A stretch of DNA of 53,927 nt, filler included, from Jimgerdemannia flammicorona (taxonomy: Eukaryota), in assembly GCA_003990765.1 (NCBI GenBank). It is 2 parts of 2 records of this genome, joined end to end, with 100 filler letters (N's around TTAATTAATTAA, not from the genome) between each part and the next. Parts side by side here need not be neighbours in the genome. Positions count along the whole stretch, not along the records: positions 1 to 26,914 come from RBNJ01000682.1; 1 more part is not named here. The stretch is one strand, 5' to 3'. The notes under the pieces are model-generated. The model did no database searches, was not told where the DNA came from, and saw only the letters and a list, made by a program, of their open reading frames with translations. The translations under genes were made by a program, and so were the position numbers. Positions 1 to 12,502 of the stretch are shown here, in pieces (within the stretch, counting starts at the first letter, position 1; each line of letters starts with the position of its first letter).

Positions 1-2474
1 CACTTGGACTCTGCCATTTATTACCAGTCTATTGTTAAATATACATTTTTCCACCTACTATCCAATCCCCATAGGAGGGCCTCACCCTATCCCACTCCAA
101 GTAAAGACCACCTTCTCCCCAACTACTCCCACCCTTCCCCCACTCTGCCTACAAATATTCTCCACCAGATTGCGCCTCCGACCCTGCTGTATCTCCTAAC
201 TGAGCCACCAGCCAGTCAAGGTATCCTCCATAAGGTTCTGCCACTGCCGCAGCCAGACCTCCAAGCCCAGTCTCCTCCTCTCCTCGAAAACAAATAACCA
301 GTGACCGGCCAACCCGACCCAAATGGCCAGTGCCCAGCCAAGCATGAGCCAGTCCTTTCACACCCCCCCCACCAGTCTGTCGCTCAAGTCCTCCCACCAC
401 CTCCACATGCCAGAAACCCTGCCCCTCACCCCCAGATGATTCCCAACAGATTGCCAAAAGTCACAAAGAACCTCACACTCCCCTAGCCAATGTTCCAGTA
501 TCTGTACATAACTCCCTTCCTGACCCACATTATAGCACTCCTTGCAGTCAAAACAGCTCCCCTCAACAAGGTGACCTGAGTGATAATTGAGCATGACATT
601 CCTCCTCAACATGTGCCACCAAGTCACTCAATACATTGGTGGCATCCATCTTTTCACCTCAGCACTCCATGTCCAGATACTCTGCCAGTCCCACTCCTCG
701 CCAATTCCTATACCTTGTCAACCACTGGGTCACAGATCCTGGCCTAGTCCCCTCTGGCAGTCTATTCCATCACTAATGTCAAACTTGAGCAATGGGACCC
801 CACCCAGTAGTACCCGGTCCCATCTCCACATCTCCAGGTCCCAATCTTCCTCCCCTTCATTTCCTTGCCAATGGATCCCAATGCGGTGTGCCCCCTGTGC
901 TATCCCCCACCAGAAGCCTTTAAATCGCAATTGAGCAGTGTTCTGAAGTCTAACCAAGGACAGGAGATCACCAGTTGAGCCCCAAGGCATGGACCTCCTC
1001 TCCCAAACCTTCTGCAATAGGGGAACCCAACCACCCCCTCTCAATTCTATGGCTCTCCTCAGTCACCAAGCCCTCAAGCAGTATAGCCTCTTTGGAAAGT
1101 CAACCAGTCCCAGTCTGCCACTCACCACTAGTAGAGACAAGACCTCCCAACTTATCTGACTCCTCCTTCCAGCCCAGATCCAACCCTTGGCAAGCTTCAA
1201 CAGCCTCTTTACCACTCATGATGGGAAGTCCAGATGGTACACCAGATATCATAACTTCAGCAGCCAGTAGATGTTCAAAATTGTAACACACCCTGCCAGG
1301 GACAGTTGACGGCCCCCCCAACTCTGCAGGGCCTCCCCCCAGATGCCAACCCGCTGCTCCCACCAAAGCCTGGGTAGTACTGACCCATATACCAAAAGAT
1401 AAATCCCCAAGTACTGCATGGCCTCACCAGCAGGGACAATTGTTCCAATAATCTCCCCTCCCACCAGACCATTGCTAAGTACTATTGTTTCATACTTATG
1501 CCAATTAAGTCACACCCCAGAATTCTTCTCATACCACTCCACTGTCTCCTTAAGCTCCTCAACATCCACGATTGATCCCAATCCGACCACCATATCATCT
1601 GCAAATGCCCCCACCTTCCACTCAACGCCAAAGATGGAAAGCCCCACTATCTTCCGCCTTATTCTATCCAAAAGTGGTTCCAGAGAGAGGGTATACAGAA
1701 TGGGGGACAGCGGGTCCCCCTGGGGTACCCCCCTGCCCAGGGGAAAAGCCACCCCTCGATGTCCATTACACATGAGTACTGCTCTACTCCCTTCCAGTAG
1801 ACTGACCATTGCTGACCGGAACTGGTGCAGAACCCCAGCCCTATACAAAACTTTCACTAGCCAACCATGCCTCACTCAGTCATAAGCCTTCTCCTGGTCC
1901 AAGAAGACCAGACACCCATCCAATCCACAAGCCCATGCCCCTTCAATTACTCTATGTACCCAGGCTGTGCCATCCCTAATGAGCCGTCCCCCTACAAAGC
2001 CCCTCTGCTTAATGCCTAAGATTTGCTGTGCCACTTTTTGTAGTCTCGCAACCACTACCTTAGTAACCAACTTCCTGTCCATATTCAGGAGCATTATCGG
2101 CCTCCAATTCTTCAAGTCCTCTCGCCTTCCTTTGTTCTTGTAGAGCAATGTCACCAACCCCAGATCCTGCTCCCCCACCCATTTCCCTGTCTGTAGAATA
2201 AGATCACACAATGCCGTCATCTCCCCCAGTACTCCTGGAATCCTGACCATCTTCTTCCAAAAGTTCCAGGGCAAACCATCTTTGCCAGGGGCTGTACCCA
2301 AGGTTGTCGCGGCAAGAACCTGGTGGATCTCCTCCTCTTGGACTAGCAATACCAAGTCACCCATCCCATCTACCCATGGGGGTTGCCAATTTTCTAATGC
2401 ATGGCCAATCATATCGGCATCCACACCTCCCTCCTCCTCACTCCACAGTCCACTCCAGTGCTCCTTTAAAGATC
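1..2474 (-). mobile_element. 5'-truncated L1/Tx1-like non-LTR retrotransposon (copy A), RT and C-terminal part of ORF2, decayed
   Basis: Minus-strand ORF pieces carry non-LTR RT motifs APGKDGLPWNFW, KNWRPIMLLNMDRKL, QRGFVGGRLI, FLDQEKAYD, GVPQGDPLSP and AFADD, with in-frame stops. The sequence is collinear with 2493-4965. Confidence 0.93.
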
Positions 2475-2491
2475 TTTTTTTTTTTTTATAG

Positions 2492-5400
2492 TCACTTGGA
2501 CTCTGTCATTTATTACCAGTCTATTGTTAAATATACAGCCTTCCACCTACTATCCAATCCCCATAGGAGGGCCTCGCCCCGCCCCAACCCAAGTAAAGAC
2601 CACCTTCTCCCCAACTACTCCCACCCTTCCCCCACTCTGCCTACAAATATTCTCCACCAGATTGCACCTCTGACCCTGCTGTATCCCCCAACTAAGCCAC
2701 CAGCCAGTCAAGGTATCCTCCATAAGGTTCTGCCACTGCTGCAGCCTGACCTCCAAGCCTAGTCTCCTCCCTTCCTTGAAAATAAATAACCAGTGTCTGG
2801 CCAACTCTACCCAAATGACCAGTACCTAGCCAAGCATGAGCTATTTCTTTCTCACCCCCCCTACCAGTCTGTCACTCAAGTCCTCCCACTGCCCCCACAA
2901 GCCAGAAACCCTGCCCCTCACCCCCAAACGATCCCCAACAGAATGCCAAAAGTCACAAAGTACCTCACACTCCCCTAGCCAATGTTCTGGCATCTGTATA
3001 TAATCCCCTTTCTGACCCACATTATAGCACTCCTCGCAATCAAAACAACCCCCCTCAACAAGGTGATCCAAGTGGTAATTGAGCATGACATTCCTCCTCA
3101 ACATGCGCTACCAAATCACCCAATACTTTGGTGGCATCCATCTTTTCACCTCAGCACTCTATGCCCAGATACTCTGCCAGTCCCACTCCTCGCCAATTCC
3201 TACACCTTACCAACCACTGGACCACAGATCCTGGTCTAGTCCCCTCTGGCAGTCTATTCCATCACTAATGTCAAACTCAAGCAATGGGACCCCGCCCAGT
3301 AGCACCTGGTCCCATCTCCACATCTTCGGGTCTCAATCTTCCTCCCCTTCATTTCTCTGCCAACAGATCCCGATGCAGTGTGCCCCCTCTGCTATCCCCT
3401 ACCAGAAGCCTTTAAATTGCAATTGAGCAGTGTTCTGAAGTCCAACCAAAGACAGGAGATCGCCAGTTGAACCCCAAGGCACAGACCTCCTCTCTCAAAC
3501 CTTCTGCAATAGGGGAACCCAACCACCCCCTCTCAGTTCTATGACTCTCCTCAACCACCAAGCCCTCAAGCAGTGAAGCCTCTTCGGAAAGTCAACCAGT
3601 CTCAGTCTGCCACTCGCCACTGGTAGGGACAAGACCTCCCAGCTTATCTGACTCCTCCTTCCAGCCCAGATCTATCCCTTGACAAGCTTCAACAGCCTCT
3701 TTACTATCCAGGATGGGAAGTCCAGATGGTATGCCAGATATCATAACTTTGGCAGCCAGTAGATGTTCAAAATTGTAATACACCCTGCCAGGGATAGTTG
3801 ATGGCCCCCCCAACTCCGCAGAGCCTCCCCCCAGATGCCAACCCGCTGCTCCTACCAAAGCCTGGGTAGTACTGACCCATATACTGAAAGATAAATCCCC
3901 AAGTACTGCACTGTCTCACCAGCAGGAACAATTGTTCCAATAATCTCCCCTCCCACCAGACTATTGCCAAGCACCATTGTTTCACACTTATACCAATTAA
4001 GTCACACCCCAGAATTCTTCTCATATCACTCCACTGTCTCCTTAAGCTTCTCAATATCCATGATTGATCCCAATCTGACCACCATGTCATCTGCAAAGGT
4101 CCCCACCTTCCACTCAATGCCAAAGATGGAAAGCCCCACTATCTTCTGCCTTATTCTATCCAATAGTGGTTCCAGAGAGAGGGCATACAGAATGGGGGAC
4201 AGTGGGTCTCCCTGGAGTACCCCCCTGCCCAGGGGAAAGGCCACCCCTCGATGTCCATTATACATAAGTACCACTCTACTCCCTTCCAGTAGACTGACCA
4301 TTGTTGACTGGAACTGGTGCAGAACCCCAGCCCTATCCAAAACTTTCACCAGCCAACCTTGCCTCACCCGGTCATAAGCCTTCTCCTGGTCCAAGAAGAC
4401 CAGATGCTCATCCAATCCACAAGCCCATATCCCTTCAATTATGCCATGTACTCAGGCTGTGCTATTCCTAATGAGCCATTCCCCTACAAAGCCCCTCTGC
4501 TCAATGCCTAAGATTTGCTGTGCCACTTTTTGTAGTCTTGCAACCACCACCTTAGTAACCAACTTCCTGTCCATATCTAGGAGCATTATCAGCCTCCAAT
4601 TCTTCCAGTCCTCTTGCCTTTCTTTGTTCTTATAGAGCAATGTCACCAACCCCAGATCCTGTTCCCCCACCCATTTTCCCATCTGTAGAATAAGATCACA
4701 CAATGCTGTCATCTCCCCCAGTACTCCTGGAATCCCAACCATCTTCTTCCAAAAATCCCAGGGCAAACCATCTTCACCAGGTACTGTATCTGAGGTTGTT
4801 GCGACAAGAACCTGATGGATCTCCTCCTCTTGGACTGGCAATACCAAGTCACCCATCCCATCTACCTGTGGGGGTCGCCAATCTTCTAACGCATAGCCAA
4901 TTGCATTGGCATCCACACCACCCTCCTCCTCACTCCACAGTCCACTCCAGTGCTCCTTTAAAGATCCAAGAATGTCTTGAATATCATAGACCAGGACTCC
5001 ATCTGAATTGAGTACCTCCTCCCACCTTTGTTGTACTCTTCTTACCCACAGGACCCTTGTGAGGAACTTAGAGGGCCTCTCTCCTTCCTCCAAACCCTGC
5101 CACTATAACCTAGCCACCAAGCCCTTCACCCTTGCTTCTTCCTCCTCTCGCAGCACCTGTTGTAGTTCACCAACCTCCTTTTTTACTCATATGGACCTCT
5201 AATTCTCCTCTCCCTCCAATGTCACCAGTCTTGCCCAATCTTCGAAGAGCCTAGCCAGTCTACTAGAGGCCCATCTCACTTTTCACCTCCTCTGTTTCCC
5301 AGCCTCCTTGCCAGCCTCACTCCAGTACGTCTTGGCCAATGCCTTCATTCGCATCCACCAAATATCAACTGGAGTACCTTTCTGCCTCCAACTTGCTACC

Positions 5401-6206
5401 TATAGCTGAATGTCTGCAGCCCACCCATCCCACCAGATTCTATCATCTAATAAGGAGGAATTGAGGTGCCAATGTCCAGGCCCATCCCCACTTCCCCCAA
5501 ACTGACCCTGTCCAAAAATCCCCTAGTGATCCGACCAAGGACACCACTCCACCTCCAGTGATCACCAAACATCCAAACCCCAGCAGCTGGCCATCAGAAT
5601 CCAATCAATTCTTGTCCCCAAGCCTCCTGCCCAATGCGTATATACTCTCCTATCCCCCCAGCACTTCCTACCTGCATCTACCAGAGCACTCAGTCTTTCC
5701 ACTTCCTCCCATACTGCCAGTCCTCCACTCTGACCCTCAACTCCTTATCTGCCATCAGTTCTGTCTAACAGTGCCTCCCGAACCATATTGAAATCTCCAC
5801 CCAGTATATCCATCCCACTCTCCGCAAGTGTCCCACTCTCTTAAAGACCCTTCACCCAGTCCACATGCTCACTCCATACAGCAGGGCAGTAACAAGATCT
5901 CACTGTAATTGGCCCCCATCCAGTATGTATCCACTCGCTCCAGACCAGTCTATTTTCCCAGCTCTGCATATTTCTTATCTCCCCTTTGCCTTTTCATATC
6001 AGAATCCCAACCTTGCTCATCCAAACTGCCTCACCTCCCCATTCCTTCATCCATTCCAGTTTATCCAAGTCCTTGTCACACCTGACATCCTGCAAGAGGA
6101 AGAGATCAGCCTCCAATCCCTTCAGCCAAGTAAAAATATTCCTCCATTGAGAAGCACCCTGTAACCCATTTACATTTAATGAAAAAATGTTAGTTGTACT
6201 ATTCAT
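2492..6206 (-). pseudogene. LINE ORF2: apurinic-like endonuclease plus reverse transcriptase, with stops and frameshifts
   Basis: MNSTTNIFSLNVNGLQG...ADLFLLQD (APE N-terminus); EGERPSKFL; VPGEDGLPWDFW; FLDQEKAYDRV; QGDPLSP; TFADD. Confidence 0.9.
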
Positions 6207-6227
6207 ATTGATGTATAGTGTTTTTAT

Positions 6228-8263
6228 CTAGTCCATCTCTACTGCTCTAAGTTCATCTCTTCCTACACCATGTCCAGATTATGCTCCGCAGTCACTGCCT
6301 CTTCTTCAGCCCTCTGAGCCTCCAATCCAGCCAACAGCTCATTTATCTCTCTATCTGCCTTCTCTTCAAACTCCTCTCAGTATTCCTGGCAGGCCTCCTG
6401 TCAGAGCTGCAATCCATATCACTTAGCCCAACAATACCTGGCCCTCTCACCAGCAACCCCTGCTAATTCAGTCTCTCACTCCTTATCTACCTCATACTCT
6501 TCCTCCTTCAGATATACTGCAAGGATCTCCGCCTTCAATGCTAACTCCACACCATCATCCTGCAGTACCCATGCCCAATGCTCATCACTCATTACCCTCA
6601 AGTCCACCTCCCCAAGCTCTTCAGCCGCTAGATTATTCATCATCCTACACATCCAAAGTAAATTTCCAACCTCCTTCCCTTTCAGGGTCACCAGTCTTCT
6701 ACCATCCAACATCGTGATATCTGCCCCGGCACTCGCTGCCTCATCCCACACCTCTGGGACATCCACCAATTCCTCCTCCCCAACCTCTACCACCTGTCCC
6801 CCCTTTGCTACCTCAGGCATGCCAAATTGCACTCACTGGGCCCCCTTCATTGGCACATCTTCTCCTGCCCTGCTCCAGTAGGCTGGCCCTCACCTGATGA
6901 GAGGGGTAGGGGTGGGCGATCCCACCCAGTCCTCCTCCCAGACCTCGAACATACCATCAGCAAATGAGTCACCACCAGCCACCTTTCTGTCCTCCACTGT
7001 TTCTTTCCCTGCACTCCTATCCTTCTTGCTAGCCCAGATACTCACCTTGGCTCCCCCTGGTTCCGCCCTTCCACCAGCCTCCTCCAATGGTCGACTCTCC
7101 ATCTTAGCCAGTAGCTCCTTCTGATGTTTACGGCCCTGAGCTATTTCCCATTGCCTCTTATCTACTCTGATCCTTTTCCCATCCACCACCTCCAAGTGCA
7201 TTGACTCCTCATAGGACTTCCAAGCCTTTGTCTGCCACTTTACCACTCCACTCATCTCTTCCAGTACCTCTAGCAAATCCTCTTCCTCCTTCTCACTCCC
7301 CTTCACCCTCATCACCTTGCACGAGATCACCCCCCAGACCATCACTGAAGGCCAGTCCCTTGTCTTCCCTGTAGCTTCTTTCCCTACCAGCTGAATCCAC
7401 ACATCCATGTCCCCAGTCCTGAGCAAGGTCTCTTCCCAGACCCTGAACCCAATATTCACTACCTCACCATACTCCACCATGACCTCCTCGACTCTCTTTC
7501 TCATCTCCATCACCATCACCATGGGCACTCCTTTCACCAGAAGTTGGACCACCCTGGGGTCTCATTTCAGACAACGCACCATTGGGACACACACCTCTCT
7601 AATGACCAATCCAACTTTCAGTGCCTCCTCCAGGGGCTCCACCTCCTCAAAACCCATCTCTACTCTCTTCAATCCTTTAAGGAACTTCATGGACGCCACT
7701 CCAGCCACCTGCTTAGCGATAAGCCCCAGCACCATTTTCGCTGTCACTGCCAGACCCTGGAAGTACAGTATCACCACAAATGCTGAGATTAATTTCTTGA
7801 GTAACGGTGCCACTGCCAGGTCCATCACACTATCCGCCAAGTCTCTCTGCCTTCTAAGCCTCATCTGCTCAGCCATACCATCAGCCATCACATCTGGATT
7901 TTTTTCCAGATTGGCAGTCCTGTCACCATCAGCCATCACACCCCCCCCCAGCCACTACTCCCCCAGCTCTGCCGCTCTCACCCCCAAGTACTACTCCCCT
8001 ATGAATTGTCGTCATCTCCATCTTCTTGCCCTTCCTCAGCCAACCCTCCAGCCCTGTTGTCTGTTGCCTCCCCTTTACCATCTCTGCGAAGCTTGCCCTC
8101 CCAGATCCCTATCCTCTCCTGCCTCCTCCACTCCTCCTCGTCCTCCTGCCAACAGCCCTCTCATATCACCCCCCAGACCAGGACCTCTCCCCACCTGCTG
8201 CCAGTCAAATGTGCTAGGGCCGCCCTGCCCAGTATGCACCCTAGAGTACTTGTTGTTTGCCAT
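6228..8263 (-). pseudogene. LINE ORF1 (gag-like), interrupted; 3' boundary approximate
   Basis: ATG at 8263 (MANNKYSRVH...). Pieces 7562-7939, 6890-7552 (VQLLVKGVP...EYGEVVNIGFRVWEETLLRTGDMDVWIQL, resembling L1/Tx1 ORF1) and 6476-6832 lie on the same strand, upstream of ORF2. Confidence 0.7.
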
Positions 8264-8345
8264 TTCCTTATCACCTTTCTCCAATAAATGACTTGTGAGT
8301 GTATTGTAAAGTGTGTGTAACATGAATGTTAGCTAAGAAAGGTGT

Positions 8346-9180
8346 TAGTATAGATTACTTGTAGGTCCTCAGTACTTGTGGTAGAGCTCTTTAGACTTTG
8401 GTGAGCTTCTTAGTAAGTACAATACTAGTATAGATAACTGTTTTTTAGATAGAGTTAGGATGGGAGAAAAGATGGCCATCATAGATAAAAAAAAAAGAAC
8501 AATTATAGTAAACCAGTAGAGTATTAGGCTAGAGCTAGTATTAGAGCTAAGATAGATACTATATCAGTGGGGTCTTCTGATTGATATAGAGTAGTTAGAT
8601 AATAGATATTACTCTTAACTATTTTTAGTAATATATAGAGTTAGGTCCTAATTGTTAGGGAGAAGTTGGGAGGCCTAAGGCTATCTGAATCAAGTATCTT
8701 AGCTATACTTAACTAGAACTAGAAGCTGATATAGTAATATAATTAAGGTCTGTAGACTTAAGTAGTAGAGTATTGAGGGTCTCTTCTCATCTTATATATA
8801 AGTTATCTTATCAGAGAGAACTAGATCATACCTATTATTTTGTACTTTGAGAGAGATTTTTTTTTACCTATTACTCTCCTTAAGATAGCAGAGACTATAT
8901 AAATTAGCTTAGATATAGCCTTATATATATTGAGATTTTAGATATATATCTTCAGTTATAGATACATATATAGTTATTTACTTTCTGATGATAGGAAGAG
9001 TATAGTATATAGAATAAAATATAGACAACTTTACTCTATTGTACCTAGTATGGTCAAGCTGCTAGACAATAACTAGTCTAGGTTAATAAAAGTATAGTAC
9101 TCAGTGGGTAGTGGAGAAGAGTTTTGACCTATATAGTTTAGATTTTCTTTTAATAAAAATTCACAAGACTTTAAGTCTAT

Positions 9181-9211
<31 letters not shown>
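8346..9211 (+). mobile_element. ~1.2-kb retroposon family, copy 1 (5' ~320 nt missing, heavily mutated), ending in (TA)n
   Basis: Matches the reverse complement of ~12702-13545, e.g. gttttgacctatatagtttagattttcttttaataaaaattc vs gttttggcctatatagtctaggttcccttccaataaaaatcc. Confidence 0.85.
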
Positions 9212-12200
9212 CTTATATACTCTATAACTGAAAATATAACTAAGCAGATAATTTTTATTTTGAAAAAAACATTTTTTTTTCAAAATATATTTTTTATTAT
9301 GATTTTTTCAAAAATAAAAATTTATTTTTTTATAAAAATTTGACTATATAATGGTTCTAGTTTCTTTAAGAGGAAGCAGCTAAATCTGGAAGTTCTAATA
9401 AGCCTAAAGTAGCTTGAAGAGATACTTAAAGGTTTAAGTATTCTTAAAGAATTTTTGAGAGAAAAATATTCTGAGCTTTATTTAGACAGAGAACAAGGAT
9501 ATTTATATATGATCTGAAAGAAAGATCCAGAAAGATCTTGGAAAGAAAGAGAAATACCAAGAAATAGATTTTCAGCAAAGTTGACTAATATGATTCTACA
9601 ATATTTTAAAAGGTTTTATAACTAGTTAAGATAAGATACTTGGTACTAAGAAAAGACAAGAATATTCTAATAGTGTCTGAGTACTGAGAGAAGGTTTCTA
9701 AGTAAGTAAAAGATAGCAGAATATAGTAGAATATTCAAGAAATAATAAGAAAAGACTAACTAAAAGATGTGAAAATATGTATGCTAAAACTAAGTATGAC
9801 TTTGAAATTATTATACTATAAATATAAAAAAATTATAAAAACTATTAGTAAAAGAAATTTTTAAAAGTTATTATAATATAATAAATTATATATATTATCT
9901 ATTTATCAAATTTAACTATTATAAAATAAGATATATGTATATCATATTAATATTAATAGATCAGTTATTAATATTTTATAGTACTAATAATACTTTAAGT
10001 TAGAATTCTTTAAATAATATTCTATATTATATTTCTCATTTTAAAGTTTAGTAATATTATACTAAGACTGGTAAAAATAAAGTTACTTATATAAGTATTA
10101 TAAGTAATTTTTTTTTTTTTTTTAAAAAAAAAGGTAAAACTTATAATACTTTAAATATTTTTATAGTTTATTTAATATATATAATTTTAAAATACAGATA
10201 GAAGTACAAAATACATAGTAACTCTATTTTAAATATAATAAAATATATAAAATCTCAGTATTTAGATAAAATAAAATTAAATAGTATCAAGTAAAATTGA
10301 TATTCTAGTTATAGTAAGTAAAAAATTTCTCATATTTTAACTTAGATTTAAAAATATATCTTTTATACTTTTTAAGTTTTTTTTTTTTTTTTTTTTCTAA
10401 AAAAATAATTTAGCTATATTCTATATTATAGTTTTGAAATTAATATATTTATTAGATTATATAAATATTAATTATTTATAGCTATTGAGAGTTCTTTATT
10501 ATAAAGTCTTTTTAGTTTTATTAAGCTTAATTTATATACTTTAAATATTAAAAAAGAATATAATAATCTATTAAAAACTTTAAGTAGAAGTATTTAGATT
10601 ATTATTAGTAATATTAGAGATATTATTAAATTAAGTATAGTTACTACTATATTTCAAATTTTATTATAGAGTATATAATTGATAAAATTTTATTTATAAT
10701 TAATATCTAAATATCTTTCAATGTCATTTTATTTTAGTATTATTAAATATTAAATTGATATCAATTAGTAGTTTTAAACTTCTACTCTTAACTTTGTAAA
10801 ACTTAAGAATTTATATTCTAGAGAAAATATTATAGAAATATATAAACTATATTTATAAACTTAGAATTATAACTAAAGTATGAGAGTTTTTATTTTTAAA
10901 CTAATATTAAAAGTTTTTTACTTTTAATTATTTATATTTTATATATTATAATATAGTATACACAAAACTTAGTAAGTTGGTAAGATTTTGAAATAGAGAG
11001 GAAGGGTATATAAAGAAGACTTTTTGAATTAAACTGGTTCAATCTGACTAAGGTTTATTTACTCTAAAATACTGAGTTATTTATACAGATTTGTATACTA
11101 ATTCTGCTACTAAATATACAGCTAAGTATTAAGTCTTTTTATGTGAAATTCTCAGATAGAATCTTATGTGAAATCCTATCTGAAATTTATAAAAGTAATA
11201 AGAGTTTCACTAATAATATTTTAGATATAGTATTATAGTAAAGGTAATTTTCTATACTATACTATATTAAATTGAAAATCAGATTTAGGTACTATGATCA
11301 AATATCTATTTCTTGTTTCTATTTCATACTATATGTCATATCTTTTCTCTGAATAGGTTATTTTTGACACAAAAATACCTATTTGAATTCTTATATTATA
11401 ATGTTAATACATTTGTTTCCCCTATATAGACATATTTATAATATATCCAGACAATTATTAAAATGTTATTTGAGGTTCCAAAAGTTTTCAAATAATTAAT
11501 TCAGGTAGTAGTTTGAGTGACAGGATCTTCAAAAATCAGATAGTGGTTTGGATAGCAGTTTAGGTAACAGAGTCTCCAAAAATCAGATAGTGGTTTGAGT
11601 GGTGGTTCAGGTGACAGAGTCTTCAAAAATCAGGTGGCAGCTCATCTTCAAATTCTCTAGGGTAGTCTATTCTGTTTATATATCATCAAAAGTTAGACAA
11701 TGGTTTGTATAGCATCTTTTAATTCTTCATTACAGTCTATTCATATATTATGTAGTAGTCTATTCATATATTGTCTTGGGTAGTTTGTTTGTGGCAAGCA
11801 GTATTCTTTAAATAATTAACTCAGACAACATCTTTTAATTCTCTAGAGCTATCTATTCCATTTATATATCATTAAAAGTTAGATGATGGTATCTTCAAAG
11901 GTTAGGTGGTATTCTTCACTTAGGTAGTTTATTTATAATAAGTGATATTTATATATATATATCTTTTAACTTATTTTTATTTTTATTTTTATTTTTATTT
12001 TTATTTTTAATATTCAAGCTACAAGTCACTATAAGCTATATTATATGATATCTTAATTATGATATCATTTAAAGATTATAATTGACTATTATATTATCTA
12101 GTAGCTTACTTTATTAATATCTTATCTTACTATATCTTATCACTTATTCTAATATATCTCAGAAAAAGATTTGGAGTTTTATTTAGAATTCTTATTACAT

Positions 12201-12494
12201 TAGCTCTTTATTGACTAGATAAGTGTGAGATACTTAGTAACTTGAGAGGAGATTGAGGAATATCTGGAGAGTAAGATAGTATATTAATGAGAGAAGAGGT
12301 GAAATTTGAAGAAAAGGTTAGTAGAGTGTAATAAGTGACTTACTATTAAATAAGTATTAATAATATGGATGGAGTTGACTAGACACTAACTATATGTATT
12401 TGAGATGAAAGGTGGATAGTATTAGAGAAAAAGATAGTAAGATAGGAGGAGCTAATAGTAGATATTCTATCTAGTTGATAGAGAGAATAGAGCC
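9212..12494. repeat. AT-rich decayed transposon remnants, including ~45-bp tandem units at ~11500-11640
   Basis: Very low GC, almost no CpG and no long ORFs. Three copies of a unit containing (g)tct(t/c)caaaaatcag(a/g)t occur at ~11500-11640. Confidence 0.55.
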
Positions 12495-12502
12495 CTCAGA
12501 AC

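Larger units (their letters stand above)
2475..8345 (-). mobile_element. Near full-length L1/Tx1-like LINE (copy B) with ORF1, ORF2 (APE+RT) and poly(A) tail, decayed
   Basis: Poly(T) at 2475-2487 is the poly(A) tail. ORF2 starts with an APE motif and contains RT motifs, ORF1 lies upstream, and a short 5' UTR ends at ~8345. Confidence 0.92.

Noticed and set aside
7407..8291. 294-aa plus-strand ORF
   Set aside because: It is antisense to LINE ORF1 with no domain features.
11500..11640. Repeat-spacer-like pattern (CRISPR?)
   Set aside because: Whole ~45-bp units are similar, with no unique spacers or cas genes, and the context is eukaryotic.
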